64,000 nt of DNA from a virus. Numbering within the stretch: position 1 is the stretch's first letter; every line of letters begins with the position of its first letter. The position numbers and the translations under genes were made by a program. Below the pieces are notes generated by a model. It was not told the origin of the DNA and searched no databases. It saw nothing but the letters and a program-made list of their open reading frames with translations. This document shows positions 16,435 through 24,016 of the stretch, one piece after another. The stretch spans positions 1 through 64,000 of IMG/VR virus record IMGVR_UViG_3300044911_003339; one strand, written 5' to 3'.

Positions 16435-16685
16435 CCGTGGAGAAGTTGAGATTGCATCCTTTCACGTTCCTCGCCGTGTTCGCTCTCGCGATGCTCGCGG
16501 GTGGACTGATCGGCTACGCCGCGCGAGCACAGCCCGACCGCTTCGACAACGAGGCGTTCGCGGAGGGCTTCGATTACGGCTACCGCGCCGCGCAGGACGA
16601 CGACACGATTCGCGAGGTCTGCCCGGTCTGGTACTGCGAGGGCGAGATGGCGATCGAGCGCGACGACGATGCAGGCGCGCCATGA
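16431..16685 (+). CDS. small membrane-anchored protein
   Basis: N-terminal TM, acidic C-terminus. Confidence 0.6.
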   Translation: MTVEKLRLHPFTFLAVFALAMLAGGLIGYAARAQPDRFDNEAFAEGFDYGYRAAQDDDTIREVCPVWYCEGEMAIERDDDAGAP

Positions 16686-16864
16686 AGTGCCCCAACTGCG
16701 AGGGCGAGATGGAGCGCGACGAAGTGGACAACGGCGTGTGCATGCAACCCGTTGGTCCGTGGGGCTGCCCCGCCTGTCACTACGTCGAGCCCCGCGACAC
16801 GTGGGAAGTGATCTCGTGGGAGCCGATGACGGTGCCCGACCTCTACCCGAAGAAGGAATCGTGA
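16682..16864 (+). CDS. zinc-ribbon protein
   Basis: MKCPNC...CPAC. Confidence 0.65.
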   Translation: MKCPNCEGEMERDEVDNGVCMQPVGPWGCPACHYVEPRDTWEVISWEPMTVPDLYPKKES

Positions 16865-17081
16865 CCTGCCACGAATGCGGCGAGACGCTTCGTCAGTGCG
16901 CGCCGAGGACACGAAGCGACTCTGCGAGGCACACGAAGCGGCGATCAAGCGTGAGCGTGCGAGGACCGCGAAGTGGCGTCGTATCGCCCGCGCGTTGCAG
17001 CGCGAGGCCGACGCCTACACCGAACGACAGATGCGCGAAGCCGAAGCCGTGAAGGGGTACAGGACCGATGACGAACGCTGA
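16861..17081 (+). pseudogene. small Zn-finger/coiled-coil gene with apparent 1-nt frameshift
   Basis: VTCHECGETLRQCA continues as EDTKRLCEAH if one base is added at 16903-16904. Confidence 0.4.
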
Positions 17082-17325
17082 AGCCATCGCAGAGGCCACG
17101 CGCCTCGCGAGCAAGCTGGAATCTCTCATCGCCGAAGGCGTCATCCCGCCGCGGCCCAACTACATCCACGACCACACCGGCTACCAGCGCTGGTACGACG
17201 AGCACGTGCGTTGCGCGACACCCGCGCATCGTCACATCCAGCGCGAGCACCCGAGCCCGTACTGCAAGCTGTGCACGACCCCAACCGAAGAGCCGCGACG
17301 CGTGCGTCGTGTGCGAGCCGCGTGA
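17068..17325 (+). CDS. hypothetical protein
   Basis: ORF with His/Cys tail. Confidence 0.55.
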   Translation: MTNAEAIAEATRLASKLESLIAEGVIPPRPNYIHDHTGYQRWYDEHVRCATPAHRHIQREHPSPYCKLCTTPTEEPRRVRRVRAA

Positions 17326-17341
17326 GCGGAAGGAGACGACC

Positions 17342-17824
17342 ATGAAGATTCCCGAAGAGCCCCAGCGTCCCCCGTTCGCGTCGAAGGTGGTGGAGGAGTG
17401 GTTCGACGCTCACCCGCTGCTTCACGTCGCGCCGTGGGCAGACGTGCTCGCGTTCATCCGCGCCGACTCTCCGCCCGAGGTGCGCGCGTGGGCCGATGCA
17501 CACGAGGAGTGGAAGCTCGCACACGAGGAGTGGCGCAAGAAGCTGCCCGTCGATTACGACATGTTCCGCGCGCACGGCAAGGTGCGATTCTACGGCGGAG
17601 ACTGGATCGACATCTTCGCGTTCCCCGGCACCGTGATCGAGGGCACCGTCGGAGACCAGCGCTGCACCGTGCTCCTCTACGACGCGATCAAGGCCGCGCA
17701 CGAGCGCATGGAGGAGCCCGAGTTCGTCGCGTTCGTCGCGACCGTCTACGAGCACATCCGCATGCGCGAGGCCGCGCACAACGCGCTCGTGGCGCACCTG
17801 CTCACCGGCCAGGGGCGAACGTGA
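17342..17824 (+). CDS. hypothetical protein
   Basis: AAGGAG SD before ATG 17342. Confidence 0.7.
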   Translation: MKIPEEPQRPPFASKVVEEWFDAHPLLHVAPWADVLAFIRADSPPEVRAWADAHEEWKLAHEEWRKKLPVDYDMFRAHGKVRFYGGDWIDIFAFPGTVIEGTVGDQRCTVLLYDAIKAAHERMEEPEFVAFVATVYEHIRMREAAHNALVAHLLTGQGRT

Positions 17825-18393
17825 GGGCCCTCGCTCTCCTCGTCGTGACGCTCGTGGGCGCATGCTCGCCCACGGTCGTCTACGTCTACCCCGACGCTCC
17901 CTCCGAGGACGCTGGTGTCCAGGCGCTCCCCGATGCCGTCGTGCTCGCCGACGATGCCACGTGGGACGCGTCGTGGGACGAGCACGCGTGTCTGCCCGAT
18001 CGCGTCGATGGTGGCGTGTCGAGCGCGGACTGCCACCGATTCCCCGATCGGCCGGTGTGCGACGGGCTCGTCACCAACACGTGCGTGCCCGAGCCGACGA
18101 CGTACTGCGGTGCGTGCGAGACCGACGAGCAGTGCCATCGAGGCGTCGATCTCCGAGCCGATTGCGTGTTCATCCCCTACTACGCCGATCGCTCGGGAAT
18201 CAACTACAACGATCAGGCGTGCCTCTCGCGATGCGCGACGGACAGCGATTGCGACTTCCTGCCTCGCCCCACGTGGGCCGGTGCGAGGTGCATGCGATTC
18301 TCTCGCGGCTCGTACTGCATCGTTCCGCACGCTTCCGACCCGCCCGTCGGAACGTGCTCGGACTTCATGGGCGGACGAAGGGGATCACCATGA
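17821..18393 (+). CDS. Cys-rich lipoprotein, myxobacterial style
   Basis: Lipobox LVGA-C; DAP/DAG/DAT low-complexity linker; C-x-x-D-x-x-C repeats (CETDEQC, CATDSDC). Confidence 0.7.
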   Translation: MRALALLVVTLVGACSPTVVYVYPDAPSEDAGVQALPDAVVLADDATWDASWDEHACLPDRVDGGVSSADCHRFPDRPVCDGLVTNTCVPEPTTYCGACETDEQCHRGVDLRADCVFIPYYADRSGINYNDQACLSRCATDSDCDFLPRPTWAGARCMRFSRGSYCIVPHASDPPVGTCSDFMGGRRGSP

Positions 18394-19049
18394 CCGTCGA
18401 TGAAATCGTCGAGACGCTCTCGTGGGGCCTCTGCCCGCCCAAGGCGCACAAGGAGAAGGGCTGCACCACGTGCGACCGCAAGCTGGCCGCCATCGCAGCC
18501 GTGCGCGCCCTGGAGAAGCGCGCCACGGACGCGGAGCACAAGCTCGCGAAGCTCCGAGAGGAAGCCGGGGCCAGCATCGAGCGCTACCTCGCACAAGCCA
18601 CCCCTGGCACGTGGCAGCCGACGATGGACGGGCTGCATCAGGCGAGCGTCCGCCAGGGAGGAATCACCGGGCCGGTCATCTTCGCGCACACGGAAGAGGC
18701 GGTCTGGGACAGTCGGGCAATCGCTGACACGTGCATCGTTGCGGCAGGAATCCGCGTGCTGCGCGCGCTCGTCGCCACACCGGCCGTCGAGCCCGCTCCC
18801 CCAACCTCCCCCCACGTGAAGGTCGCCGTCTCCCAACTGGCTCCCGGCGACTGGATCATCCTGCCGGAAGGAGTCGGCCCCAACGCAGGGCAGAGGGTGC
18901 TCGTCGTGAACGCGAGCCCCATGCTGGAGGGAGGCCCGGTGTGGGGTGTGGGCTACGAGCCCGCCAACCCGACGGCATCGCTGCACCTGTGGTGCGCGCT
19001 CGCGACTCGCGAGGTCGAGAGAATCTCTTCAGCCGCCGACGGGAAGTGA
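18390..19049 (+). CDS. hypothetical protein
   Basis: Coupled ORF. Confidence 0.6.
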   Translation: MTVDEIVETLSWGLCPPKAHKEKGCTTCDRKLAAIAAVRALEKRATDAEHKLAKLREEAGASIERYLAQATPGTWQPTMDGLHQASVRQGGITGPVIFAHTEEAVWDSRAIADTCIVAAGIRVLRALVATPAVEPAPPTSPHVKVAVSQLAPGDWIILPEGVGPNAGQRVLVVNASPMLEGGPVWGVGYEPANPTASLHLWCALATREVERISSAADGK

Positions 19050-19052
19050 GCG

Positions 19053-19751
19053 ATGGCGAGTCGGAAATCGGCGGAGCACGTCGGGCTCGCTGACCTGACC
19101 GGAACAACGGTGCATCGGCTCGACGGGAGACTCGTGTCGCTCGGGCCCGTGGTCGGGTTCAGCGTCTCGGCCAGCGTGAGCGAGGAAGGCGTGAATGCGG
19201 CGAGCCCGGAGGCCAGAAGTGCCGCAGAAGCCGTCAGAGACCGGCTCCACGCGCTGCTGACTGTCACGCGCGCGCAGGAGGCCCGGACCTTCGCGTCGGT
19301 GCGCGACTGGGCGTGGCGTGCACCTGCGATGCGATGCTCGCACTGCGGTCAGAGGATTCCCGACCACGAACGCAAGACGGTGCTGGGCTCGGTCGAGGAT
19401 GTCGTCGTGGACCTGCACCTCGTGCGCGCCGCGCTCGCAGCGATGCCCGAGACCCACGCGCTCCGAGTGACACCGGCCGAGCGACGACTCGTGATCTCGT
19501 GCGCGCCCTTCAGCATCGTAATCGCCGCGCGCATCCCGAGGCCTGAGGAGAAGATTCACCCGCTGCCCATGGTGCCCGCGCCGCTGCTGCGAAGGCAGGA
19601 CAAGCCCGCGAGGAAGGGCACGGACTACGGCTTCAACGCGTGGCCGCGCAAGTGGCCGAGCAAGGCTCGTAATCGTGTAAGCCCTGGGCAGGAGGTGAAT
19701 CGTGAGAGTGAGCGCAGCGAAGGAGACGAAGAAACGGATCCGCGACAGTGA
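19053..19751 (+). CDS. hypothetical protein (3' end uncertain)
   Basis: Contains CSHC; overlaps motif and next gene. Confidence 0.55.
   Translation: MASRKSAEHVGLADLTGTTVHRLDGRLVSLGPVVGFSVSASVSEEGVNAASPEARSAAEAVRDRLHALLTVTRAQEARTFASVRDWAWRAPAMRCSHCGQRIPDHERKTVLGSVEDVVVDLHLVRAALAAMPETHALRVTPAERRLVISCAPFSIVIAARIPRPEEKIHPLPMVPAPLLRRQDKPARKGTDYGFNAWPRKWPSKARNRVSPGQEVNRESERSEGDEETDPRQ
19671..19680 (+). promoter_or_regulatory. AATCGTGTAA motif copy
   Basis: 9 nt before AGGAGG SD of gene at 19702. Confidence 0.75.
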
Positions 19752-20298
19752 CGTGATCGAGGCCGTGCGCCTCGTGCTCGCCGTCGCGAGTGAGAAGCTC
19801 TCGTTCCCCGCCGACCGCGAGATCGTCGTCAACGTGTGGCTCGTGCGCACGCGCATCGGCCTCGTCCGGCAAACCAAGACGAGCAACGTGTTCACGGCGT
19901 TCATCAACCCGAAGGGCACGCGCGCCGAGTGGGCCGAGGAAGCGCTTCGCACGCTGCTCGGGACCTATGCGATGCGCGAAGTGATCCGTGCTCGCGTCGA
20001 GGCCAAGGGCATCCAGACGCGCTGGCCTTCGCGTGCACCTCGCGTCGTGCGTGAAGCGACGAAGGTCGAGAAGCTCGCGGAGGTCGAGTCGCGCATCGCA
20101 GAGTGGGAATCCAAGCTGAAGGATGCGACTCGCGCGCAGCGTCTCGCACGCACGAAGCTGAAGGGCTACCGCGCCTCGGCTCGCAGGCTTCGCTCTGAGG
20201 TCGCGAAGCAACCCACCACCGAGATGAACGCGCTCGACTTCTCCGAGGTCATGCGCATGAAGCGCGAGCGCGGAGAGATGCGAGAGGTGCTCGCATGA
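19702..20298 (+). CDS. basic coiled-coil protein
   Basis: AGGAGG SD plus GTG. Confidence 0.65.
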   Translation: MRVSAAKETKKRIRDSDVIEAVRLVLAVASEKLSFPADREIVVNVWLVRTRIGLVRQTKTSNVFTAFINPKGTRAEWAEEALRTLLGTYAMREVIRARVEAKGIQTRWPSRAPRVVREATKVEKLAEVESRIAEWESKLKDATRAQRLARTKLKGYRASARRLRSEVAKQPTTEMNALDFSEVMRMKRERGEMREVLA

Positions 20299-20693
20299 AG
20301 CGCGAAGCCAAGACCTACACGATCGGCGATCGCACGCTGACCGTGAGGCAATGGGCCACGGAGATGAAGATTCCCCCTGGCTACATCCACAACCGACTCG
20401 CGCTCGGGTGGGGCATCGAACGCGCGGTCATGACACCCGTGCTCACGCATGGAGGCCGGCGCGCGTTGCTTCACGAGCGCAAGCCACGCGAGAACGAGAC
20501 CCACCGCGTGTTCCCCGAGCGCGAAGGCAGCGGCTACGTGCCACTGCCGAAGAGCGAGAAGCAACTTCGCGAGGAAGCGGCGGACGCGCGCATCGAGGAA
20601 GAGATTCGCAAGCTCCGAGCACTCGTGCTCGTGGTGCCCGATCAACGTCACGTGGACTGCGACTGCTCCGCGTGCCTTCCCCCGACCTACTGA
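20295..20693 (+). CDS. HTH DNA-binding protein (HNH-endonuclease C-terminal-like domain, no nuclease)
   Basis: GDRTLTVRQWATEMKIPPGYIHNRLALGWGIERAVMTP. Confidence 0.6.
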   Translation: MKREAKTYTIGDRTLTVRQWATEMKIPPGYIHNRLALGWGIERAVMTPVLTHGGRRALLHERKPRENETHRVFPEREGSGYVPLPKSEKQLREEAADARIEEEIRKLRALVLVVPDQRHVDCDCSACLPPTY

Positions 20694-20700
20694 GGACATC

Positions 20701-20889
20701 ATGAAGATTCCCAGACTCACGACGAAGGCTCTCGACGCAATCGCGGACGCACTCGCCGCAGCGCTCGCGGGTGAGGAAGGCGAGGGAGACATGGCAGGAA
20801 CCTCGTTCGCGGATCTAGAGCAAGCGCAGCGCTGGGTCCGCGCCGAGAAGGCCCGACGCGCATCGCGTAAACGCGCGAGGACGCCATGA
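20701..20889 (+). CDS. hypothetical protein
   Basis: GAGGA SD. Confidence 0.6.
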   Translation: MKIPRLTTKALDAIADALAAALAGEEGEGDMAGTSFADLEQAQRWVRAEKARRASRKRARTP

Positions 20890-21077
20890 AGCGCGACCTG
20901 AAAGAGATCCTCGCGAAGCTCACACGCGCCGGCTGGGAAGCTCGCGTGACCGGCTCGGGACACTGGCGGCTACGCGCTCCCTCGGGCGCTCTCATCTTCA
21001 CGGCCTCGACGCCCAGCGATTACCGCGGGCTCGCGAACCTGAGAGCACGCCTGCGACGTGCGGGAGCGCCGGTATGA
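20886..21077 (+). CDS. HicA-like dsRBD-fold protein
   Basis: 63 aa; LTRAGWEARVTGSGHWRLRAPSG...TPSD pattern. Confidence 0.65.
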   Translation: MKRDLKEILAKLTRAGWEARVTGSGHWRLRAPSGALIFTASTPSDYRGLANLRARLRRAGAPV

Positions 21078-21514
21078 CGATTCCGTACGTGCGAGGTTCC
21101 GACACGAGTCGAGCCGCTGCCGAGTCCATGGTGGAGAATCGTCTCAACGAACTACAGCGACACGTGCTCGCGTTCCTGCGAAGCCGCGGTGCTCGCGGCG
21201 CATCGGACGAGGAGATGCAGGAAGCGCTCGGCATGGCCGCGAGCACGCAGCGCCCGAGACGCGTCGAGCTTATGCGCAAGGGCCTCGTCGTTGCGTCCGG
21301 CACGACGAGCATGACGCGCTCGGGCAGGCAGGCCGAGGTCTGGCTCGCGGCCGAGCCGGGGAGCGCCGTGGACGCGAGCGATGACACGCGCGCTCCGACG
21401 AAGGCGCAGATCGCGAAGGCCGTTGCAGCGATGCGCGCTGCGTGGCGCGCGGGTGTCGCGATGGACGACGACGTAATCGCTGTCATGCGCTGGCTCGCGA
21501 AGAAGAGCGCGTAA
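21074..21514 (+). CDS. winged-helix DNA-binding protein
   Basis: SDTSRAAA...GASDEE...RPRRVELMRKGLV...TRSGRQAEVW, a common phage wHTH pattern. Confidence 0.75.
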   Translation: MTIPYVRGSDTSRAAAESMVENRLNELQRHVLAFLRSRGARGASDEEMQEALGMAASTQRPRRVELMRKGLVVASGTTSMTRSGRQAEVWLAAEPGSAVDASDDTRAPTKAQIAKAVAAMRAAWRAGVAMDDDVIAVMRWLAKKSA

Positions 21515-21522
21515 TCGTGTAA
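21513..21522 (+). promoter_or_regulatory. AATCGTGTAA motif copy
   Basis: Overlaps TAA stop; 10 nt before AGGAGG. Confidence 0.75.
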
Positions 21523-21543
21523 GGCAGGACGTAGGAGGACCCG

Positions 21544-21800
21544 ATGAAGAAGCGCAACGAGGAAGACACGAGGCCGCAGGTCGAGCGAGACATCGACACG
21601 ATCAAGCATGAGCTTCTCCTGTTTCGGGAGAGGGAGCACGCTTGGGCCAAAGCGCGCGCCGACCTGGAGCGCGCAGTTGCCGCAGAGCAGGCAGCCGCCG
21701 CAAAGGAGCGAGAGCGCTCCGCCTCCTGGAGCGGGATCTGCGCAGAGCAACGCACGCCCTGCTCTCGCTCATCGGCACGGCCGGGATGTTGAAGCCGTGA
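21544..21800 (+). CDS. coiled-coil protein, probable 1-nt frameshift near 21749
   Basis: Shifted frame reads THALLSLIGTAGMLKP* and ends in a GTGA overlap typical of this genome. Confidence 0.45.
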
Positions 21801-22036
21801 CCGGCCGCGTACGACTCGGAAAGGGCCGACTGCCGTCTGCGGAGGTGTGCTTCGCGCGGTACCTGGCGGCGTGCGACGCGCTGCATGCGATTCGCGCGCG
21901 TGCTGACGCTGCTGCGCGAGAGCATGCGAGCATGCGAGGCACGCCGAACGAGATCGCGAAGGTGGGCGGCGAGGCCGATGGGCTGCGTGAAGCGGCCGAC
22001 GTGCTCGAATCGGCTCTCAGGAAGGCGAAGCCGTGA
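21797..22036 (+). CDS. hypothetical protein
   Basis: GTGA coupling at 3' end. Confidence 0.5.
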   Translation: MTGRVRLGKGRLPSAEVCFARYLAACDALHAIRARADAAAREHASMRGTPNEIAKVGGEADGLREAADVLESALRKAKP

Positions 22037-22284
22037 CCGATTACCAGTGCGCGCTGACCGCCGACGGACAGTGGCACACGACGCAAGAGCAAGCGGCACC
22101 TCCGGCGATCACGCGCGGAGGTGCCTTCTCGACGTGCGCGGTGTGGCTCGACTTCAAGCGAGGATTCGAGCGCCGCCGCCCGACGTGCCCCGAGTGCCTT
22201 CGCGCATGCGAGCACGACGAGCAACGCAGGAATCGTGTAGAACCAGCGCGGGTGCGAAGGCCGCGCCCAATGGAGGCAGCATGA
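22033..22284 (+). CDS. hypothetical Cys-containing protein
   Basis: CPEC; coupled. Confidence 0.55.
   Translation: MTDYQCALTADGQWHTTQEQAAPPAITRGGAFSTCAVWLDFKRGFERRRPTCPECLRACEHDEQRRNRVEPARVRRPRPMEAA
22231..22240 (+). promoter_or_regulatory. motif variant AATCGTGTAG (intragenic, upstream of tad2)
   Basis: 40 nt upstream of ATG 22281. Confidence 0.5.
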
Positions 22285-22523
22285 CGTTCGGAGATGCGAT
22301 CGAGGCGATGAAGCGGGGAGAGCGCGTGTCGCGCAAGGGCTGGAACGGCAAGGGCATGTGGCTCGTGCTGATCATGCCGGGCAACGCGATGCACGTGTCG
22401 AGCGCGGGAGGATTCGAGATGCAGCCGTGCATCGGCATGAAGACGGCGCAGGGCACGATGCAGCCCGGATGGCTCGCGTCGCAGGCGGACATGCTGGCCT
22501 CCGACTGGGAGGTCGTGTCGTGA
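22281..22523 (+). CDS. tad2: DUF2829 / Tad2-family anti-Thoeris sponge protein
   Basis: MTFGDAIEAMKRGERVSRKGWNGKGMWL...MKTAQG...WLASQADMLASDW matches the DUF2829 signature end to end. Confidence 0.88.
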   Translation: MTFGDAIEAMKRGERVSRKGWNGKGMWLVLIMPGNAMHVSSAGGFEMQPCIGMKTAQGTMQPGWLASQADMLASDWEVVS

Positions 22524-23251
22524 CGATGCGAGGCTGGGAGAACTACCTCGTGCGGCTCGGGATCGACGCGCTCGACGCCACGATGCGAGAGAGCACGCCG
22601 ACGAGCCGCGTGCGGTTCGAGAATCACCTTCGCGAGCGCATGCAGAACGCGGCGAAGGTGATCCACATGGAGGTCGAGAAGAAGAGCGAGCCCGTTCGCG
22701 ACATGCAGGTCGAGGTGATGATTCGCGACCTGCTGTCCGAGGTGCCCGTCGGGCGAAGGCCCGAGGCGCTTCGCAAGATCGAGGGCATGTGTCGCGCCGT
22801 GCGGCAGGTCGCCGACACCGGGCTGCTCGCGCGCAACGAGGCGGTGCAGGAGTTCATCCAGCGCATCGACGCAGCGGTCGTCCGGCACTCGGGCGACGAG
22901 GGGCGCTACGAGCCGTCGATCAAGTGGCTCGCGGGCTACGTCGAGAAGCTGTGCGAGGAGAGCGCTGCGCTGCGCTCTGTCGCGGAGGGCCGCTCGCCTG
23001 ACCCGGAGATGGCCGCGGACCTCGACGTGACTCGGCGGAACGCGGAGGTGGCGGAGAAGGCCGCCGACGACGCAGAGGCGAAGCTGAAGCGCGTGCTCGA
23101 CGCGTGGTCGCGCGTCGATGTCGGCGACCTCGCCTCGGGCATCTACGCGGCAGCGGGAAGCGGCGACGAGGGACGCGAGCGGTACAAGGCCGCAGCGCTC
23201 GCCATCGACGAGATGAACGAGATCGTCGCGAAGCTCGCGGAGGGCAAGTGA
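22520..23251 (+). CDS. hypothetical helical protein
   Basis: Coupled ORF. Confidence 0.65.
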   Translation: MTMRGWENYLVRLGIDALDATMRESTPTSRVRFENHLRERMQNAAKVIHMEVEKKSEPVRDMQVEVMIRDLLSEVPVGRRPEALRKIEGMCRAVRQVADTGLLARNEAVQEFIQRIDAAVVRHSGDEGRYEPSIKWLAGYVEKLCEESAALRSVAEGRSPDPEMAADLDVTRRNAEVAEKAADDAEAKLKRVLDAWSRVDVGDLASGIYAAAGSGDEGRERYKAAALAIDEMNEIVAKLAEGK

Positions 23252-23805
23252 ACCCTCTCGCGCAAGCGCTGCTCACGGGGCTCATGCTCCGCTTCGGATT
23301 CCTCTCGCGTGCGGAGATCGACGCGGTGTGGGCTTCGATGGTCGAGCGGCTCGGAACGGACCGCGCCATCGCGCACGTCCAGGGCGTCATCGACACGACG
23401 CTGGAGGCGCTCCCCGAGGGCTGCCCCAACGACCTCGCGGGGCGAGCAATCGCAGGTGCGGTCAAGGCCATCGTCGCGGAGTGGATGCCGCGCGTCGCCA
23501 CGCTGAAGGAGATCGAGGGTGGCGAGTTCAACCCGCTGCTGACGCATCTCATCGTCTCGTGGCGCGCACGCACGAGCGACCTGCTGACCGACGAGAACGA
23601 AGCCGAGTGGTGGAATCTGCTCGTGGAGGCGCACGGGGTGGCCGGTGCGAGCGAGCAGATCGAGCGCACCATGACGCACGCGGCGAGCAGCACGATCCGC
23701 ACGGAGAGCGACGACATGAAGCACGCGATGGCCGTCGGGCACGAGGCGGTGCGCGCGCTTCTCCGGCTCGTGGACGAGACACGCGCGAAGCTCACGCCTT
23801 CGTGA
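23248..23805 (+). CDS. hypothetical protein
   Basis: Coupled ORF. Confidence 0.65.
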   Translation: MNPLAQALLTGLMLRFGFLSRAEIDAVWASMVERLGTDRAIAHVQGVIDTTLEALPEGCPNDLAGRAIAGAVKAIVAEWMPRVATLKEIEGGEFNPLLTHLIVSWRARTSDLLTDENEAEWWNLLVEAHGVAGASEQIERTMTHAASSTIRTESDDMKHAMAVGHEAVRALLRLVDETRAKLTPS

Positions 23806-23821
23806 GAGACGCGAGAGTCGG

Positions 23822-23831
23822 AATCGTGTAA
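23822..23831 (+). promoter_or_regulatory. AATCGTGTAA motif copy
   Basis: Intergenic exact copy. Confidence 0.7.
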
Positions 23832-23878
23832 GAGGGGCTGTCGCGCGGGCGCAGGGCTCGCGCTGTAGGAGGAGCGAC

Positions 23879-23941
23879 ATCAAGAAGGCGACCGCAGCCT
23901 TCGCGAAGGTCGCGAAGAAGAAGGCCGCGAAGAAGGGCTGA
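23879..23941 (+). CDS. putative 20-aa Lys-rich micropeptide with ATC start
   Basis: AGGAGG at 23867-23872, 6 nt spacer, ATC-AAG-AAG... IKKATAAFAKVAKKKAAKKG*. Confidence 0.4.
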   Translation: MKKATAAFAKVAKKKAAKKG

Positions 23942-23966
23942 ACCACACACGTTGATCGCGAGGATT

Positions 23967-23996
23967 CGGGGCGGACTGATTCGTCGGTCCGCCCCG
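23967..23996 (+). terminator. strong UUCG hairpin (terminator-like)
   Basis: CGGGGCGGACTGA-TTCG-TCGGTCCGCCCCG; weak U tract. Confidence 0.6.
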
Positions 23997-23997
23997 T

Positions 23998-24007
23998 AAT
24001 CGTGTAA
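23998..24007 (+). promoter_or_regulatory. AATCGTGTAA motif copy
   Basis: 9 nt before ATG 24017. Confidence 0.75.
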
Positions 24008-24016
24008 GGGGTGAGC

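Noticed and set aside
20295-20693. HNH homing endonuclease
   Set aside because: Only the DNA-binding tail is present; no HNH catalytic motif.
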